Shown: one piece after another, positions 1 to 10,930 of the stretch | Numbering within the stretch: position 1 is the stretch's first letter | Layout of the letters: the number at the start of each line of letters is the position of its first letter | NCBI GenBank assembly: GCA_017454745.1 | Contig: JAFTCL010000019.1 | Coordinates: 1 to 54,448, forward strand | Direction: 5' to 3' | Source: Kiritimatiellia bacterium | GTDB lineage: Bacteria; Verrucomicrobiota; Kiritimatiellia; RFP12; UBA1067 | Length of the DNA: 54,448 nt | Program-made: the position numbers and the translations under genes | Notes under the pieces: generated by a model | The model's input: the letters and a program-made list of their open reading frames with translations, nothing else | Databases searched by the model: none | Told to the model about the DNA's origin: nothing

Positions 1-20
1 AAGGCTCGTTCTACATTATA

Positions 21-164
21 CCTTTGCGGCCGAAAACAAACGGATCTGTTCGTGACTAACGCCGCTCACGGGAACGTTGCGGGGCAACCGATTGGTGTGG
101 ATTCGTGTCACCTTGCGGTTCACAGCGGACGCGATGGGGTGGTCCCTCCCTTTGCGGCTAAAAC
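21..164. repeat. Two imperfect 17-bp direct repeats (cctttgcggcYRaaaac, at 21-37 and 148-164) in the leader upstream of the fuc genes; possible operator half-sites
   Basis: Direct reading: cctttgcggccgaaaac vs ccctttgcggctaaaac, 15/17 identical, ~127 bp apart. A small palindrome gttgcggggcaac lies at 76-88. Confidence 0.3.
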
Positions 165-454
165 TTTCGCGGGTTGCCGTTTGATTTCTGAACCATGAAT
201 AAACCAAAATGTCTATGTGCCAAACCACTACATGCCTAGCGCAAAATCAACAATAGGACGTTATTGCGCGTGCAAAAAAAGGATGCGCATCGTGGCGAAT
301 GTTTGACCGCCGCTCGCCGACTTGAACATGCGGAAAACCGCAATGAACGCATTTGCGCAAATTTCACCATTTACAAGGCGGGATGTTTTTTGTTATACTA
401 TATTCAGTTTGTGACAATTGTGTGTGTCCGTTCGGGTAGGGGAGAACGGAGGTT

Positions 455-1864
455 TTGGTTGACAGGGAACAGCTTATGAACAATGATAATGCGATTGTGC
501 CGCGCGGGATGCGGTTGATTTTTGCCTTGCTGGTGGCTTGTTTCGCGCTGTGGGGGTTGTTGAACAATATGACAGACAACCTCGTTCCGGCATTCCAGAA
601 AATTTTCCGCACCAGCCAGTCTACGGCTGGTTATGTGCAGGTTTCGTTCTACGGGGCTTACTCGGTCATAGCGATCTTCGCATCGCTGCTGATCCAGAAA
701 AAAGGATACCGCATCGGGGTTTTGGTGGGTCTGGGCGTGTATGTCGTTGGCGCGTTGCTTTATGTCCCCGCCTGCGTTATGCAGAGTTTCTGGACTTACA
801 TCGCTGGGATTTTCATTGTCGCTGGAGGGTGCGCGGTACTGGAGACGACATGCAATCCGTATGTTCTCGCGCTCGGCAACGAATCGACCGCCGTCCGGCG
901 CCTCAACTTCGCGCAGATGTTCAACCCGCTCGGATCGCTGGCCGGAATCCTTCTGGCGCAACAGCTGATTCTGGCGAATCTCAATCCGGCTACCGCCGAG
1001 GAACGCGCTACGATGGATCCTGCCGTGCTCGACAAAATCGTACACAACGAACTGTTTTGGGTTTGCGTTCCCTATGTGGGGCTTTGTGCCGTATGCGCGG
1101 TCATTTGGTTTTTCTTCTTCGCTTCCAAGCGTTCCAGCGTGGACGAGGTGCATAGTGAGAAAACGGATTTCGCGGCGATTTTCGGTATACTTGCCCGTTC
1201 GCCAAAGTGGTATCTCGGTGTTATCGCGCAGATCTTCTACGTGGGGGTTCAGATTGCGGCGTGGACTTGGATGAACGTTTACTGCCAGAAGGAACTCGGG
1301 GTTACGGCGAAGGACGGCGCAACCTACTACCTTATCGCCATTTGCACGTTTATCACGTGCCGTTGGATCGCAACCTTTGTGATGAAGTATCTCGATCCCA
1401 CCATGTTGATGGCAATTTTTGCGGCGTGCGCCGTTGCCTGCTCGTTCGGTGTCATGTACCTTCCCACGGTGGAGCTTTTCAAGGTCGGCGGACTTGCGTT
1501 CTCCTGGAACATCATCTGCCTGATCCTTATGAGCGGATTCATGTCGCTTATGTTCCCGACGATATACGGCATTGCGCTCGGCGGAATCGACAAGCGGGCG
1601 TATAAGATCGGGGCAGCTGGTCTCATCATGGCGATTGTCGGCGGTGCGCTGCTTACCCCGTGGATGGCGAACATCATCGGTGACAAGAATTCGTTCTGGT
1701 GTCGGCTGGTGCCGATGTTCAGCTCCGATTGGGACGCCAATCTGCGTCTGTCGCAAATGTCGCTCCGGGCCAGTTTCATTGTTCCCGCAATCTGTTTTGC
1801 GGTAGTGCTTGCCTATGCGGTTCTGTTCTGCGGTACCGCCAAAAAGGAGGAGAAAGATGCTTAA
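455..1864 (+). CDS. fucP: MFS L-fucose:H+ symporter-like permease; the start may be the TTG at 455 or the ATG at 476
   Basis: Multi-TM hydrophobic protein whose N-terminal region ([22 protein letters not shown]) resembles E. coli FucP. Lies directly upstream of fucU and fucI. Purine-rich gggagaacggagg before the start. Confidence 0.75.
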   Translation: MVDREQLMNNDNAIVPRGMRLIFALLVACFALWGLLNNMTDNLVPAFQKIFRTSQSTAGYVQVSFYGAYSVIAIFASLLIQKKGYRIGVLVGLGVYVVGALLYVPACVMQSFWTYIAGIFIVAGGCAVLETTCNPYVLALGNESTAVRRLNFAQMFNPLGSLAGILLAQQLILANLNPATAEERATMDPAVLDKIVHNELFWVCVPYVGLCAVCAVIWFFFFASKRSSVDEVHSEKTDFAAIFGILARSPKWYLGVIAQIFYVGVQIAAWTWMNVYCQKELGVTAKDGATYYLIAICTFITCRWIATFVMKYLDPTMLMAIFAACAVACSFGVMYLPTVELFKVGGLAFSWNIICLILMSGFMSLMFPTIYGIALGGIDKRAYKIGAAGLIMAIVGGALLTPWMANIIGDKNSFWCRLVPMFSSDWDANLRLSQMSLRASFIVPAICFAVVLAYAVLFCGTAKKEEKDA

Positions 1865-2276
1865 AGGGATATCCCCGGTTGTTTCGCCGGATTTGTTGAA
1901 GACGCTTGCCGAGATGGGGCATGGCGACGAGATCGTTTTTTCCGACGCGCATTTCCCCGCGCATACGTTCGGGATCCGGGTCATGCGGGCGGACGGCGTC
2001 TCGTGCGCGGCATTGCTTAAAGGCGTTGCCCCGTTGTTTGAGTTGGATGCCTACGCCGTGCCGGTGGCGATGATGGCCCCTGTTCCCGGCGATGAGCTGG
2101 ACCCGGAGGTCGAGCGCCGTTATCGCGACGCACTAGGGTATTCGGGCGAGATTGAGCGCATGGAGCGTTTCGCGTTTTACGAGCGGGCAAAAAAGGCTTA
2201 TGCGGTCATCCTTACCGGCGAGACCGCCAAGTACGGCAACATCATTCTTAAGAAGGGCGTCACCCCGGTGGCGTAA
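1857..2276 (+). CDS. fucU: L-fucose mutarotase (RbsD/FucU family)
   Basis: [36 protein letters not shown] is near-identical to the E. coli FucU N-terminus. aaggagg RBS 7 nt upstream of the ATG at 1857. Overlaps the fucP stop by 8 nt. The ORF-track start at 1809 is rejected in favour of the RBS-supported ATG. Confidence 0.85.
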   Translation: MLKGISPVVSPDLLKTLAEMGHGDEIVFSDAHFPAHTFGIRVMRADGVSCAALLKGVAPLFELDAYAVPVAMMAPVPGDELDPEVERRYRDALGYSGEIERMERFAFYERAKKAYAVILTGETAKYGNIILKKGVTPVA

Positions 2277-2308
2277 CGATTTCACATTCATAACAAAGGA
2301 GTCAAGAA

Positions 2309-4108
2309 ATGGCGCAGACAGTATTCACGATGAACGGATTTCCCAAGGTTGGCATTCGCCCCATTATCGACGGGCGTCGGCGCGGGGTGCGCGAGTCTCT
2401 GGAAGACCAGACGATGAACATGGCGAAAACCGCCGCGAAGCTGATTTCGGATAATCTCAAATATCCGGACGGATCGCCGGTTCAGTGCGTGATTGCCGAC
2501 ACCACGATCGGCGGGCGTTACGAAGCCGCGCAGTGCGCGAACAAATTCCGCGACAATAACGTCGGTGTATCGCTGTCGGTCACGCCGTGCTGGTGCTACG
2601 GAACCGAGACGATGGACATCGACCCGACGATCCCGAAGGCGGTTTGGGGCTTCAACGGCACCGAGCGTCCCGGCGCGGTTTATCTCGCCTGTATGCTCGC
2701 CGGGTATGCGCAGCGTGGTATGCCGGCCTACGGCATTTACGGCCATGAGGTGCAGGACCGAACCGACACCTCCGTGCCGGAAGATGTGAAGGAAAAGATT
2801 CTCCGTTTCGTTAAGGCCGGCCTCGCGGTGGCGATGATGAAGGGCAAGAGCTACCTTTCCGTCGGTTCTTCCGCAATGGGCATTGCCGGTTCGTTCGTGG
2901 ACATCGACTTCTTCCAGGACTACCTAGGTATGGCTCCCGAAAACATGGACGAGTGCGAGATCGAACGCCGCATCGCGGAGGGGATTTACGATCAGGACGA
3001 GTATAAGAAAGCGCTCGCCTGGACAAAGAAATGGTGCAAGGAAGGTAAGGACTACAATCCCAAGGCCATCCAGAAAACTCGCGCCCAGAAAGATGCCGAT
3101 TGGGAGTACATCGTTAAGATGGCGATCATCATGCGCGACATGATGGTGGGCAACCCCAAACTCAAGGAGATGGGCTTTGGCGAAGAGGCGGTGGGGCGTA
3201 ACGCCATAGCGGGTGGTTTTCAGGGTCAGCGCCAGTGGACCGACCACTGGCCGAATGGCGATTTCATGGAGGTTTTGTGCAACACCTCGTTCGACTGGAA
3301 CGGGCCGAAGATGCCGCAGATCGTGGCGACCGAGAACGATTCGCTCAACGGCGTGTGCATGCTCCTGATGTGGCTGCTTACCAACAAGGCGTCGATGTTC
3401 GCTGATGTCCGCACCTACTGGTCGTCCGACGCGGTGAAGCGCGCGACCGGCAAGGGCTTGACGGGCGTAGCTAAAAACGGCATCATCCATCTGCTGAACT
3501 CCGGAAGTTGCTGTCTGGACGCGGCCGGAGAGATGAAAGAGAAAGGAAAGAGTGTTTTCAAAAACTGGTGGGAGGTCTCAAAGGCTGATATGGAAGCGAC
3601 GCTCAAGGCCACGAAGTGGGTGCCGGCAGGCGTTGAGTACTTCCGCGGCGGCGGTTTCTCCAGTTCCTTCCTCACGCCCAAAGGAATGCCGCTTACCATG
3701 ACGCGCATTTCCATCGTCAAGGGCCAAGGCCCGGTGTTGCAGATTGCCGAAGGGTGGTCGGTCACGCTCGACCCGAAACAGCAGGAGACGCTGATGCTCC
3801 GCACCAATCCGGAGTGGCCGTGCACTTGGTTCGTTCCGCGTTTGACCAGCAAGGGCGCGTTCAAGGACGTGTACTCGGTGATGAACGCCTGGGCCGCCAA
3901 CCACGGCGCGATTGCTTACGGACATATCGGCGCGGACATCATTACCCTGTCTTCGATGCTGCGCATCCCGGTGGCGATGCACAACGTGCCGGAGGAGCAG
4001 GTTTACCAGCCTCATTGCTGGGGACTCTTCGGGGCGTCTGACGATCCGACCGGCGCGGACTTCCGCGCCTGCAAGAATTTCGGGCCGTTGTATGCAACCA
4101 ACCGCTGA
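2309..4108 (+). CDS. fucI: L-fucose isomerase
   Basis: 599 aa with strong full-length similarity to E. coli FucI: [24 protein letters not shown]; TPCWCYG.ET.DMDP; [13 protein letters not shown]; GGG.SS.FLT; LQIAEGWSV; MHNV. Confidence 0.95.
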   Translation: MAQTVFTMNGFPKVGIRPIIDGRRRGVRESLEDQTMNMAKTAAKLISDNLKYPDGSPVQCVIADTTIGGRYEAAQCANKFRDNNVGVSLSVTPCWCYGTETMDIDPTIPKAVWGFNGTERPGAVYLACMLAGYAQRGMPAYGIYGHEVQDRTDTSVPEDVKEKILRFVKAGLAVAMMKGKSYLSVGSSAMGIAGSFVDIDFFQDYLGMAPENMDECEIERRIAEGIYDQDEYKKALAWTKKWCKEGKDYNPKAIQKTRAQKDADWEYIVKMAIIMRDMMVGNPKLKEMGFGEEAVGRNAIAGGFQGQRQWTDHWPNGDFMEVLCNTSFDWNGPKMPQIVATENDSLNGVCMLLMWLLTNKASMFADVRTYWSSDAVKRATGKGLTGVAKNGIIHLLNSGSCCLDAAGEMKEKGKSVFKNWWEVSKADMEATLKATKWVPAGVEYFRGGGFSSSFLTPKGMPLTMTRISIVKGQGPVLQIAEGWSVTLDPKQQETLMLRTNPEWPCTWFVPRLTSKGAFKDVYSVMNAWAANHGAIAYGHIGADIITLSSMLRIPVAMHNVPEEQVYQPHCWGLFGASDDPTGADFRACKNFGPLYATNR

Positions 4109-4116
4109 GGCGGGAT

Positions 4117-5031
4117 ATGCCAGACAATAACAAGCGCGTTACGGCAGCACGGTTCGCCGTGCTGACGTTTGCGTCGTTGCTGATGGCGCTCGACTACCGG
4201 ACGTTTGTCGAGTGGGGCGGGTTGTATCCTGCCGGGGTAACGGGTGCGTCGATGATTCTGCAGCGGCTCGGACAGCATTTCTCCGATCTGTATGGTTGGG
4301 GTGTGACCGTGCCGTTCCTGCCATTCAACCTCGCGCTTAACTTTGTGCCGGTATGGATCGGCTTCAAGTTCGTCGGGCGCCGTTTCACTATGCAGTCGCT
4401 TTTTGTCATCTTTCTCACGGGACTGTTCGCGGACATCCTGCCGATGGAGGCGATTACCTCGTTCATCCCGCCGCAAGAGTTGGCGCGTTTGCGGGCGGAT
4501 CCGTTCGTCACCAGTCTCTTCGGCGGTATTGTGTTCGGGTTCGGAATGTCGCTCTGTCTCAGATGGAACGCCACGACCGGCGGGACGGACTTTATCGCGA
4601 TCTATCTTTCGGAACAAAAGGGGCGGGAAACCTGGAACATCATCTTCGCCATCAATGCGTTTATACTGCTTTGCGGCGGTTATACGTTCGGTTGGTCGGG
4701 GGCACTCTACTCGATTGTCTTTCAGTTCGTAACGTTACAGGTAGTGCACCTTATGTACCGTGCCTACCAGTATCAGACGCTCCTCATCGTAACGAATCAG
4801 CCGAAACGTATCTGCGAGGCAATCCATCGGTTGAGCCACCACGGCGCGACCGTGATTGAAGCGAAGGGCGGCTATCTCGGGCAAAACACCAATGTGGTCT
4901 ATTCGGTGGTGGCGGCCGACGACACCCCGCACATATACTCAATCTGCAAGCGGATCGATCCCGAAGCGTTCATCAACGCCATCAGTACCTCGCGGGTGAT
5001 CGGTCGGTTCTACTTGCGACCGCGAGACTAG
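4117..5031 (+). CDS. YitT-family (DUF161/DUF2179) integral membrane protein
   Basis: 304 aa with several TM segments and a soluble C-terminal domain, the general architecture of YitT-like proteins. Family assignment from memory. Confidence 0.45.
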   Translation: MPDNNKRVTAARFAVLTFASLLMALDYRTFVEWGGLYPAGVTGASMILQRLGQHFSDLYGWGVTVPFLPFNLALNFVPVWIGFKFVGRRFTMQSLFVIFLTGLFADILPMEAITSFIPPQELARLRADPFVTSLFGGIVFGFGMSLCLRWNATTGGTDFIAIYLSEQKGRETWNIIFAINAFILLCGGYTFGWSGALYSIVFQFVTLQVVHLMYRAYQYQTLLIVTNQPKRICEAIHRLSHHGATVIEAKGGYLGQNTNVVYSVVAADDTPHIYSICKRIDPEAFINAISTSRVIGRFYLRPRD

Positions 5032-5154
5032 TCGGCGCAAGAAACGGGTTCCGTTGATTTTTTCTTCCGCTTGGCTCCTTTATGCGCTTGACCTTAAGGG
5101 CGGCTTATGGTAAATTAATATTTCTTTTTGACCAGAAGAATAGGAGAAGCTACC

Positions 5155-5292
5155 ATGAAAATGACTTGGCAACCTTCCAAGCTGAAGCGTGTTCGTAAAA
5201 TCGGTTTCCGTGCCCGCATGGCCACCGCCGGCGGCCGGGCGGTGCTTCGTGCCCGTCGCCAGAAGGGGCGCCTGCGCCTGACCCAGGTTTAA
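5155..5292 (+). CDS. rpmH: 50S ribosomal protein L34
   Basis: 45-aa ORF not in the supplied track: [45 protein letters not shown], the canonical L34 sequence. ggagaag RBS upstream. Precedes rnpA as in most bacteria. Confidence 0.85.
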   Translation: MKMTWQPSKLKRVRKIGFRARMATAGGRAVLRARRQKGRLRLTQV

Positions 5293-5310
5293 TCTGGAGC
5301 GCCTGGAGGC

Positions 5311-5706
5311 ATGGACTCCAAGGAAGAAAATGCCGTAAGATCCAGGACCGCCGGTGTGGACGCGCCGCCGGTCCGGTTGTTGCGGTTGCCTTCATCCCGA
5401 TACCAGCCGGTTTTTGATGCCGGGCGCACGTTTCGCGGCAAGACAGTGGTTTCGTGGATGTTACGGGGTGCAGACGCCGGCCCGAAGGTCGGCGTTGTTG
5501 TTTCTAAACGGACGTTTCATGACGCGGTGGACCGCAACCGCGCCAAACGGCTGCTGCGCGAGGCGTTTCGGCGTTCGCAGTTTGGCCTTCCTGTCGATTT
5601 AGAGACCGTGCTGGTGGCAAGGTCGGGTATCGCGGGCAAGCGGTGCGCTGATGTTATGGATGATTTGGCCGCGCTTTTCCGGCGGGCCGGGGTTTGGTCC
5701 GATTGA
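5311..5706 (+). CDS. rnpA: Ribonuclease P protein component
   Basis: Basic ~130-aa protein directly after rpmH. VGVVVSKRTFHDAVDRNRAKRLLREAFR matches the RnpA RNR motif region. Confidence 0.7.
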   Translation: MDSKEENAVRSRTAGVDAPPVRLLRLPSSRYQPVFDAGRTFRGKTVVSWMLRGADAGPKVGVVVSKRTFHDAVDRNRAKRLLREAFRRSQFGLPVDLETVLVARSGIAGKRCADVMDDLAALFRRAGVWSD

Positions 5707-5724
5707 GCCGGGACTAGTCTCGCG

Positions 5725-5997
5725 ATGATCGCAAAACTGCTGATTATGCTGGTGCGGGCTTACCAAATCGTGATATCTCCGCATTTGGGAAATTGTTGCC
5801 GGTTTGAGCCGTCCTGTTCCGCTTTTTGCATAGAGGCGATACAAACCCACGGTTGCTTGAGAGGATGTTACCTTACCTTTCGCCGCTTGTTGCGGTGCCG
5901 TCCGTTCGGTCCGTACGGATATGACCCGGTACCGCCGAAAGGGTCGCTGAAGGGGTTCCAGTGGCGACCGGAGACTAAAGACCCCACCGAAGGGTGA
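5725..5997 (+). CDS. yidD: Membrane protein insertion efficiency factor YidD
   Basis: YQIVISPHLGNCCRFEPSCSAFCIEAIQTHG is the YidD (DUF37) signature. Sits between rnpA and yidC. Confidence 0.8.
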   Translation: MIAKLLIMLVRAYQIVISPHLGNCCRFEPSCSAFCIEAIQTHGCLRGCYLTFRRLLRCRPFGPYGYDPVPPKGSLKGFQWRPETKDPTEG

Positions 5998-6028
5998 TAA
6001 GAGCTTTGGGTTGGTGATTTTGGAGTTA

Positions 6029-7840
6029 ATGATGAACAAACAAGAGAAGCTTTTTGCGTTGCTGCTGGGATTGGCGTTGGCGGGATGGTTGTTTTACACC
6101 GGCCAACAGTCGAAGAAAATCCAAGCTGCGCGCGCCGCCCAGGCTGAAGCCGAGCGCAAGGAAGCGGTCGCCGTTCCAGCGGATACCGGGATCTCGTCCG
6201 CCCCGGCGGAGAATAACCATGACGCCCCCCAGAATTCTCCGGACAACAGCGTGGTGATGGCCGACCCAGCCACACTCGCCAAGGAGGAGAAGGCGAAGAT
6301 AGCTTCTCCCAACGGCGATTTGACGCTGGATCTTTCCAGCCACGGTGCGGTTATCAGCCGCGCGACGCTGACCAGGTTCGCCACCAACGCCGGTAAGCTT
6401 GACCCCGAGAAGAACCCGCCGGTTTGCTTGGATTTTTCTGACGCCCCGGCACTGGAGTTGGGGGGTATCACCGGCTTGCCTGCCAATGCGGCCTACCGGC
6501 TTGACGCCTCGGACAACCGGGTGGAGTTCGTAGCCACGGCCCCGAACGGGCTTCGGGTGCAGCGCGTGATCAGCGTGGAGTCCAATTACATTGTGCGGGT
6601 GCGCGACGTTTTCAAAAACGAGGGTAACCAAGTTTTGCAGTTGGGTGACAACTCGGTCTCCATCGGGGCGATGCCGCGCGGGTCGTCCAAAAACGATATT
6701 CTGTCGATGGATTCGCTGCCGGTCGGCGCGGAGAAGGTGATGTTTTGGGATCAAAACAAAGACACCAAGAAATTGCTGGCAGGTAATTCCGGGGGCGGTT
6801 TCGGTTGCGGCGGTGCCCATTCCGCGGCCGGGATGCCGCCGTCAACTCCGGTTACGGTTGATGCGCCACAGCAGTGGGTGGCGCTTAAAAGCCGGTTCTT
6901 TGTGAACGCGTTTAGTTCCGATGTGCCCAACTCCGGATTCTCTGCCGCGATGGTGCGCGATACCACCCGCCAGACCTATCTGCTCCATGAACTTCGCGCC
7001 CGCGTTTCCTACCGTGGCCAAACGGTGGCGCAGGGCGAGAGCATAGCCCGCGAATACACGTTGTTTATCGGCCCCAAAAAGTTGTCGCTCCTCCGTGCGA
7101 TGGGCAATCGTATGGATGACATCATGGAGTTTGGCTTCTTCTCTTGGTTCTGCAAGTTGCTGGTACCGACCCTGAATTTCTTCTACCGGCTGATTCCTAA
7201 TTACGGGATCGCGATAATCCTGCTAACGTTTTTGGTGCGGCTCATCTTTTGGCCGCTTACGCGGAAAAGCACCGAAAGCATGAAGAAAATGCAGGAGATT
7301 CAGCCCAAGCTTAAAGAGATCCAGAAGCAGTTCAAGGACAATCCCCAAAAACTCCAGCAGGAAACCTGGGCGATTTACCGCGACCATAAGGTCAACCCGC
7401 TTTCCAGCTGCCTGCCGATGCTGATCCAGATTCCGGTGTTTATCGCGCTGTTCACCGTACTCCGCAGTGCGGTGGAATTGCGTTACGCCGATTTCCTTTG
7501 GATTCGTGACCTCAGCGAGGCGGAAAACCTTTTTGCCGGGGTGCTGCCGATCCCGCTGAACATTCTTCCGATTCTGATGGCCGGCACTATGGCGTTGCAG
7601 AGTTATCTCACTCCTTCCACCGGCGACCCTCAGCAGCAGCGTATGATGATGATTCTCATGCCGGTGATGATGCTTTTCATGTTTTACAGTTTCCCCAGTG
7701 CGTTGTCGCTGTATTGGACTGTAAGCCAGGTGTTGTCAATCATCCAGATGGTGATGATTCACCGCGCTGGACAGAAGAAAGACGGAGGAGATTCCCAGCC
7801 GACGCAAAATCTCACCCGTCAGCAACGCCGTCACGCGTAA
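6029..7840 (+). CDS. yidC: Membrane protein insertase YidC
   Basis: ~600 aa with an N-terminal TM, a large periplasmic domain and a C-terminal 5-TM region containing the conserved YidC/Oxa1 stretch (WPLTRKSTESMKKMQEIQPKLKEIQKQFKDNPQKLQQETWAIYRDHKVNP). Start chosen at the ATG after a ggag RBS; the track ORF begins at a TTG at 6011. Confidence 0.85.
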   Translation: MMNKQEKLFALLLGLALAGWLFYTGQQSKKIQAARAAQAEAERKEAVAVPADTGISSAPAENNHDAPQNSPDNSVVMADPATLAKEEKAKIASPNGDLTLDLSSHGAVISRATLTRFATNAGKLDPEKNPPVCLDFSDAPALELGGITGLPANAAYRLDASDNRVEFVATAPNGLRVQRVISVESNYIVRVRDVFKNEGNQVLQLGDNSVSIGAMPRGSSKNDILSMDSLPVGAEKVMFWDQNKDTKKLLAGNSGGGFGCGGAHSAAGMPPSTPVTVDAPQQWVALKSRFFVNAFSSDVPNSGFSAAMVRDTTRQTYLLHELRARVSYRGQTVAQGESIAREYTLFIGPKKLSLLRAMGNRMDDIMEFGFFSWFCKLLVPTLNFFYRLIPNYGIAIILLTFLVRLIFWPLTRKSTESMKKMQEIQPKLKEIQKQFKDNPQKLQQETWAIYRDHKVNPLSSCLPMLIQIPVFIALFTVLRSAVELRYADFLWIRDLSEAENLFAGVLPIPLNILPILMAGTMALQSYLTPSTGDPQQQRMMMILMPVMMLFMFYSFPSALSLYWTVSQVLSIIQMVMIHRAGQKKDGGDSQPTQNLTRQQRRHA

Positions 7841-7859
7841 CCCCTTAGAGAGGTGACCC

Positions 7860-8714
7860 ATGAATGACACGTCCGACACTCGCCGAACCACTGTCCCGCT
7901 GCTTGAAGTGCGCGGGGTAAAAACTTGGTTTCCCATTAAAAAGGGGGTCTTCGCCCGCACCGTAGGGTGGGTGAAGGCGGTGGACGGCGTGGATTTCGTG
8001 TTAAACGCGGGAGAGACGCTGGGCGTGGTGGGCGAGAGCGGTTGCGGTAAGTCCTCTCTCGCTCGCACTATACTCAGATTGGCCAAACCTAGAGCGGGGG
8101 AAATCCTGCTCGACGGCGAGGATGTGCTGAAATTCCGCGGGGCCAGACTTCAGCGCTACCGGCGCGATGTCCAGGTGGTGTTTCAGGATCCCCACGCCTC
8201 GCTCAACCCCCGCCATACGATTTTGGACATCCTTACCGAGGCGGCGGTGGCGCATCGGCTGGTTGAAAAATCCGCCCGCCGTCCGATGGCCGAGCGGTTG
8301 TTGTCGAACGTTGGTTTGGGGCCGGAGCTGCTCGACCGCTATCCCCACGAATTTTCTGGCGGGCAACGCCAGCGGATTTGCATCGCGCGGGCGTTGGCGC
8401 TCCAGCCCCGGCTGTTGATTTGCGACGAGGCGGTGAGCGCATTGGATTTGTCCATTCAGGCGCAGGTGCTGAATTTGTTGGCCGACCTGAAGGAGCAGTT
8501 CGGCCTTTCGTATCTTTTCATCACCCACAACATCAGCGTGGTGGAGCATATCGCCGACCGGGTCCTGGTGATGTACAACGGCAAGGTGGTGGAGACCGGC
8601 CCGACCCGCGAGGTGCTGGCCCATCCGCAGAACGATTACACAAAGTTGCTGATGGACGCCGTGCCGCGGATTGACCGTCCAGAGGATGCCGCCGATGCGG
8701 GTGCTTCTGCATAG
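7860..8714 (+). CDS. ABC transporter ATP-binding protein, oligopeptide/dipeptide DppF/OppF-like, orphan
   Basis: Walker A GESGCGKSS, signature LSGGQRQR, Walker B LLICDEAVSALD, H-loop. Confidence 0.8.
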   Translation: MNDTSDTRRTTVPLLEVRGVKTWFPIKKGVFARTVGWVKAVDGVDFVLNAGETLGVVGESGCGKSSLARTILRLAKPRAGEILLDGEDVLKFRGARLQRYRRDVQVVFQDPHASLNPRHTILDILTEAAVAHRLVEKSARRPMAERLLSNVGLGPELLDRYPHEFSGGQRQRICIARALALQPRLLICDEAVSALDLSIQAQVLNLLADLKEQFGLSYLFITHNISVVEHIADRVLVMYNGKVVETGPTREVLAHPQNDYTKLLMDAVPRIDRPEDAADAGASA

Positions 8715-9234
8715 TTGTTGCGGCCCGTGCGCCAGCCATTGCCTGCTGGCCTTGCGCGAGGCGGGGCACGATCCGGTGCTGTTCTTTTCCAATTCAAACA
8801 TAGCGTCGGCCGAGGAGTTCGAGCGCCGATTGGCCGCGTTGCGACAGCTGGCTGATGCGACCGCCTCCGAGGTGGTGGTGGATCCGCCCGACCATGCCCG
8901 TTGGTTGGAAGAGGTCGCCGCCGGTTACGAGGATTGCCGCGAAGGCGGTACCCGTTGCGCCAGATGCTTCCGTTTTTCCCTCCGTCGGGCCGCCGAGTCG
9001 CTTGACCGGTTGGGGGCGGAGTCGTTCACGACTTCGCTCACCGTCAGCCCGCACAAACGCTCCGCTTCCGTTTTTGAGGCGGGGTGGGATGTCGGTGGCG
9101 ATCGTTTCCTTCCCGTGGATTTTAAAAAGCGCGACGGTTTTCTGCACTCCATAAAACTTGCCGAGCAGTATGGATTGTATCGTCAGAATTATTGCGGTTG
9201 CGAATTCAGCGTCCGAAAGGAGGCGTCCCATTAA
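8671..9234 (+). CDS. queH: Epoxyqueuosine reductase QueH (DUF208)
   Basis: LLHSCCGPCASHC...TSLTVSPHK...YRQNYCGCEFS matches the conserved QueH cysteine motifs. True start may be the internal Met at 8695. Confidence 0.8.
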   Translation: MTVQRMPPMRVLLHSCCGPCASHCLLALREAGHDPVLFFSNSNIASAEEFERRLAALRQLADATASEVVVDPPDHARWLEEVAAGYEDCREGGTRCARCFRFSLRRAAESLDRLGAESFTTSLTVSPHKRSASVFEAGWDVGGDRFLPVDFKKRDGFLHSIKLAEQYGLYRQNYCGCEFSVRKEASH

Positions 9235-10156
9235 ATCCGCCCCGTTTTTGGTTTTGGCCGGAGCCACCGCTACTGGTAAGAGTGCGGTGGCGCAACTGCT
9301 TGCGGAGCGTCGGGGCGCAGCGGTGCTGTCCGCCGATTCGATGCTGGTTTACCGGGGCATGGATATCGGGACTGCGAAGCCGACGCTTGCCGAGCGTGGC
9401 GGGGTGGAATATTTTGGCATTGATTTGGTCAATCCCGACCAGACGTTCAATACCGGCCGCTGGATTGAAGAAGCGCGGTTGGCGTTGCAGACGCAACGCA
9501 ACACGCCGGTGGTGGTGGCAGGTGGCACCGGCCTTTACCTCAAGGCTCTGACCGAAGGTTTGCAGGGGACTCCGTCCGATCCCAGGATTCGTGAAAAATG
9601 GCGTCGGTTTTACGAGGAACGCGGCGCGGCTGCCCTTCGCCATGAATTGGAATCGCGTTGGCCCGACGGTTTTAGCCGTTTGCAGGATGTAGAAAACCCC
9701 CGGCGTTTGCTGCGCGCCGCCGAACAGCTGGAACTGTCCGGTACCCTGCCGGAGCAGTGGCGGAACGGGACGCGGCCGCGGTTGGTCGGGTTGCGTTATC
9801 CTCGCGAAGTGTTGCGCGAACGGGTGGCCCGCCGGGTGGACCAGATGTTCGAGCAAGGCTTGATCGATGAAGTGCGGCATTTGCGGGATCGCTTTCCGGT
9901 GTGGTCTGACACCGCCGCGCAGGCCATCGGTTACGCCGAGACCGTCGAGCTGTTGGACGGACGCTGTACTTTGGCCGAGGCAAAGGATCGGATTGTGGTT
10001 CGCACCAGACAGCTGGCGAAACGTCAAGAAACCTGGTTCCGCCATCAAGCGGAAGTGGATTGGGTCGAACCGGTGCCGGGGATGCCGGTGGCGGAGATCG
10101 CGGACCGAGTGGAAGAAATTTGGGAGAAAAATGGAGCCATCACCAGTGAAATCTAA
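9158..10156 (+). CDS. miaA: tRNA dimethylallyltransferase
   Basis: P-loop LAGATATGKSAVAQLLAER, SADSMLVYRGMDIGTAKPT and the remaining IPP-transferase conservation. The 5' end overlaps queH by 77 nt, so the start is uncertain. Confidence 0.8.
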   Translation: MPSSMDCIVRIIAVANSASERRRPIKSAPFLVLAGATATGKSAVAQLLAERRGAAVLSADSMLVYRGMDIGTAKPTLAERGGVEYFGIDLVNPDQTFNTGRWIEEARLALQTQRNTPVVVAGGTGLYLKALTEGLQGTPSDPRIREKWRRFYEERGAAALRHELESRWPDGFSRLQDVENPRRLLRAAEQLELSGTLPEQWRNGTRPRLVGLRYPREVLRERVARRVDQMFEQGLIDEVRHLRDRFPVWSDTAAQAIGYAETVELLDGRCTLAEAKDRIVVRTRQLAKRQETWFRHQAEVDWVEPVPGMPVAEIADRVEEIWEKNGAITSEI

Positions 10157-10889
10157 AAACGGCGGCAAAGTGGAATACACTTATCCGCCAATTCAGCAGT
10201 TGCCGGAGGATTTGCGCCCCCGGGAACTGTTCAAAGACCGCGGACCTGCGGCTCTCTCCGATGAAATGTTGCTGGCCCTGTTGCTCCGCGCCGGCGGTCC
10301 GGGAGTTAACGCGGTGCGTTTGGCTCGCGATGTGTTGGACCGGTTCGGCGGTTTGGAGGGACTTTCCAAGCTTGACTTGGAGGAACTGCTGGCCGCCAGA
10401 GTCAAGTGGCTGGGCGAGGTTAAGGGCATCGAGCTGTTGGCGGCGGTGGAGTTGGGAAAACGTTGCGCGGCGGCCCGGTCGGCAGGAAACGACGAAGCGG
10501 TCACGCATCCGTCGGCGGTGTGCCGGATTCTTGTCCCGTTGATGGGAGAGAATCGCCAAGAAAAGTTTTGGGCGTTGCTGCTGAACACCAAGAATCGGTT
10601 GATCGGGAAACCGGTGGAGGTTGCCCGCGGTACGCTGAACAACGTGTCGGTGCATCCCCGCGATGTTTTCAACAAAGCGGTACGGGTGAGCGCGGCGCGG
10701 GTGATTCTAGCCCACAACCACCCTTCTGGGGATCCGTCGCCTTCGCGTGAAGACCGCGAACTTACCAGACGTATGACCGAGGCGGGGGTGATGATCGGTA
10801 TTCCGGTGTTGGATCATGTGGTGATTGGCGGCGGCGCGGGGTTCCCCGCTTATGTGAGTTTCCGGGAATCGGGATTGTTAAACGATTAA
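10131..10889 (+). CDS. radC: RadC-like JAB/MPN domain protein
   Basis: C-terminal ILAHNHPSGDPSPSREDRELTRR JAMM motif and an N-terminal HhH-like region. Start at the ATG at 10131 (MEPSPV...) rather than the track start at 9867, which lies inside miaA. Confidence 0.75.
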   Translation: MEPSPVKSKNGGKVEYTYPPIQQLPEDLRPRELFKDRGPAALSDEMLLALLLRAGGPGVNAVRLARDVLDRFGGLEGLSKLDLEELLAARVKWLGEVKGIELLAAVELGKRCAAARSAGNDEAVTHPSAVCRILVPLMGENRQEKFWALLLNTKNRLIGKPVEVARGTLNNVSVHPRDVFNKAVRVSAARVILAHNHPSGDPSPSREDRELTRRMTEAGVMIGIPVLDHVVIGGGAGFPAYVSFRESGLLND

Positions 10890-10930
10890 CGCGCTGCGAT
10901 TGGTGGACGGCGCAGAAACGGAGTCGGACG

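Noticed and set aside
16-228. 70-aa minus-strand ORF at the window start
   Set aside because: No RBS and no recognisable motifs, and it lies in the probable fuc operon leader. Treated as non-coding regulatory DNA
404-1984. 526-aa minus-strand ORF antisense to fucP. Similar long antisense ORFs occur at 6026-6820, 8001-8801, 9206-10180, 15175-16335, 19134-20441, 20455-22674 and 18301-19134
   Set aside because: They overlap strongly supported, motif-bearing genes on the + strand. Their translations are low-complexity (Arg/Gly/His/Pro-rich) with no motifs. This is the usual stop-codon-poor antisense artefact of high-GC DNA
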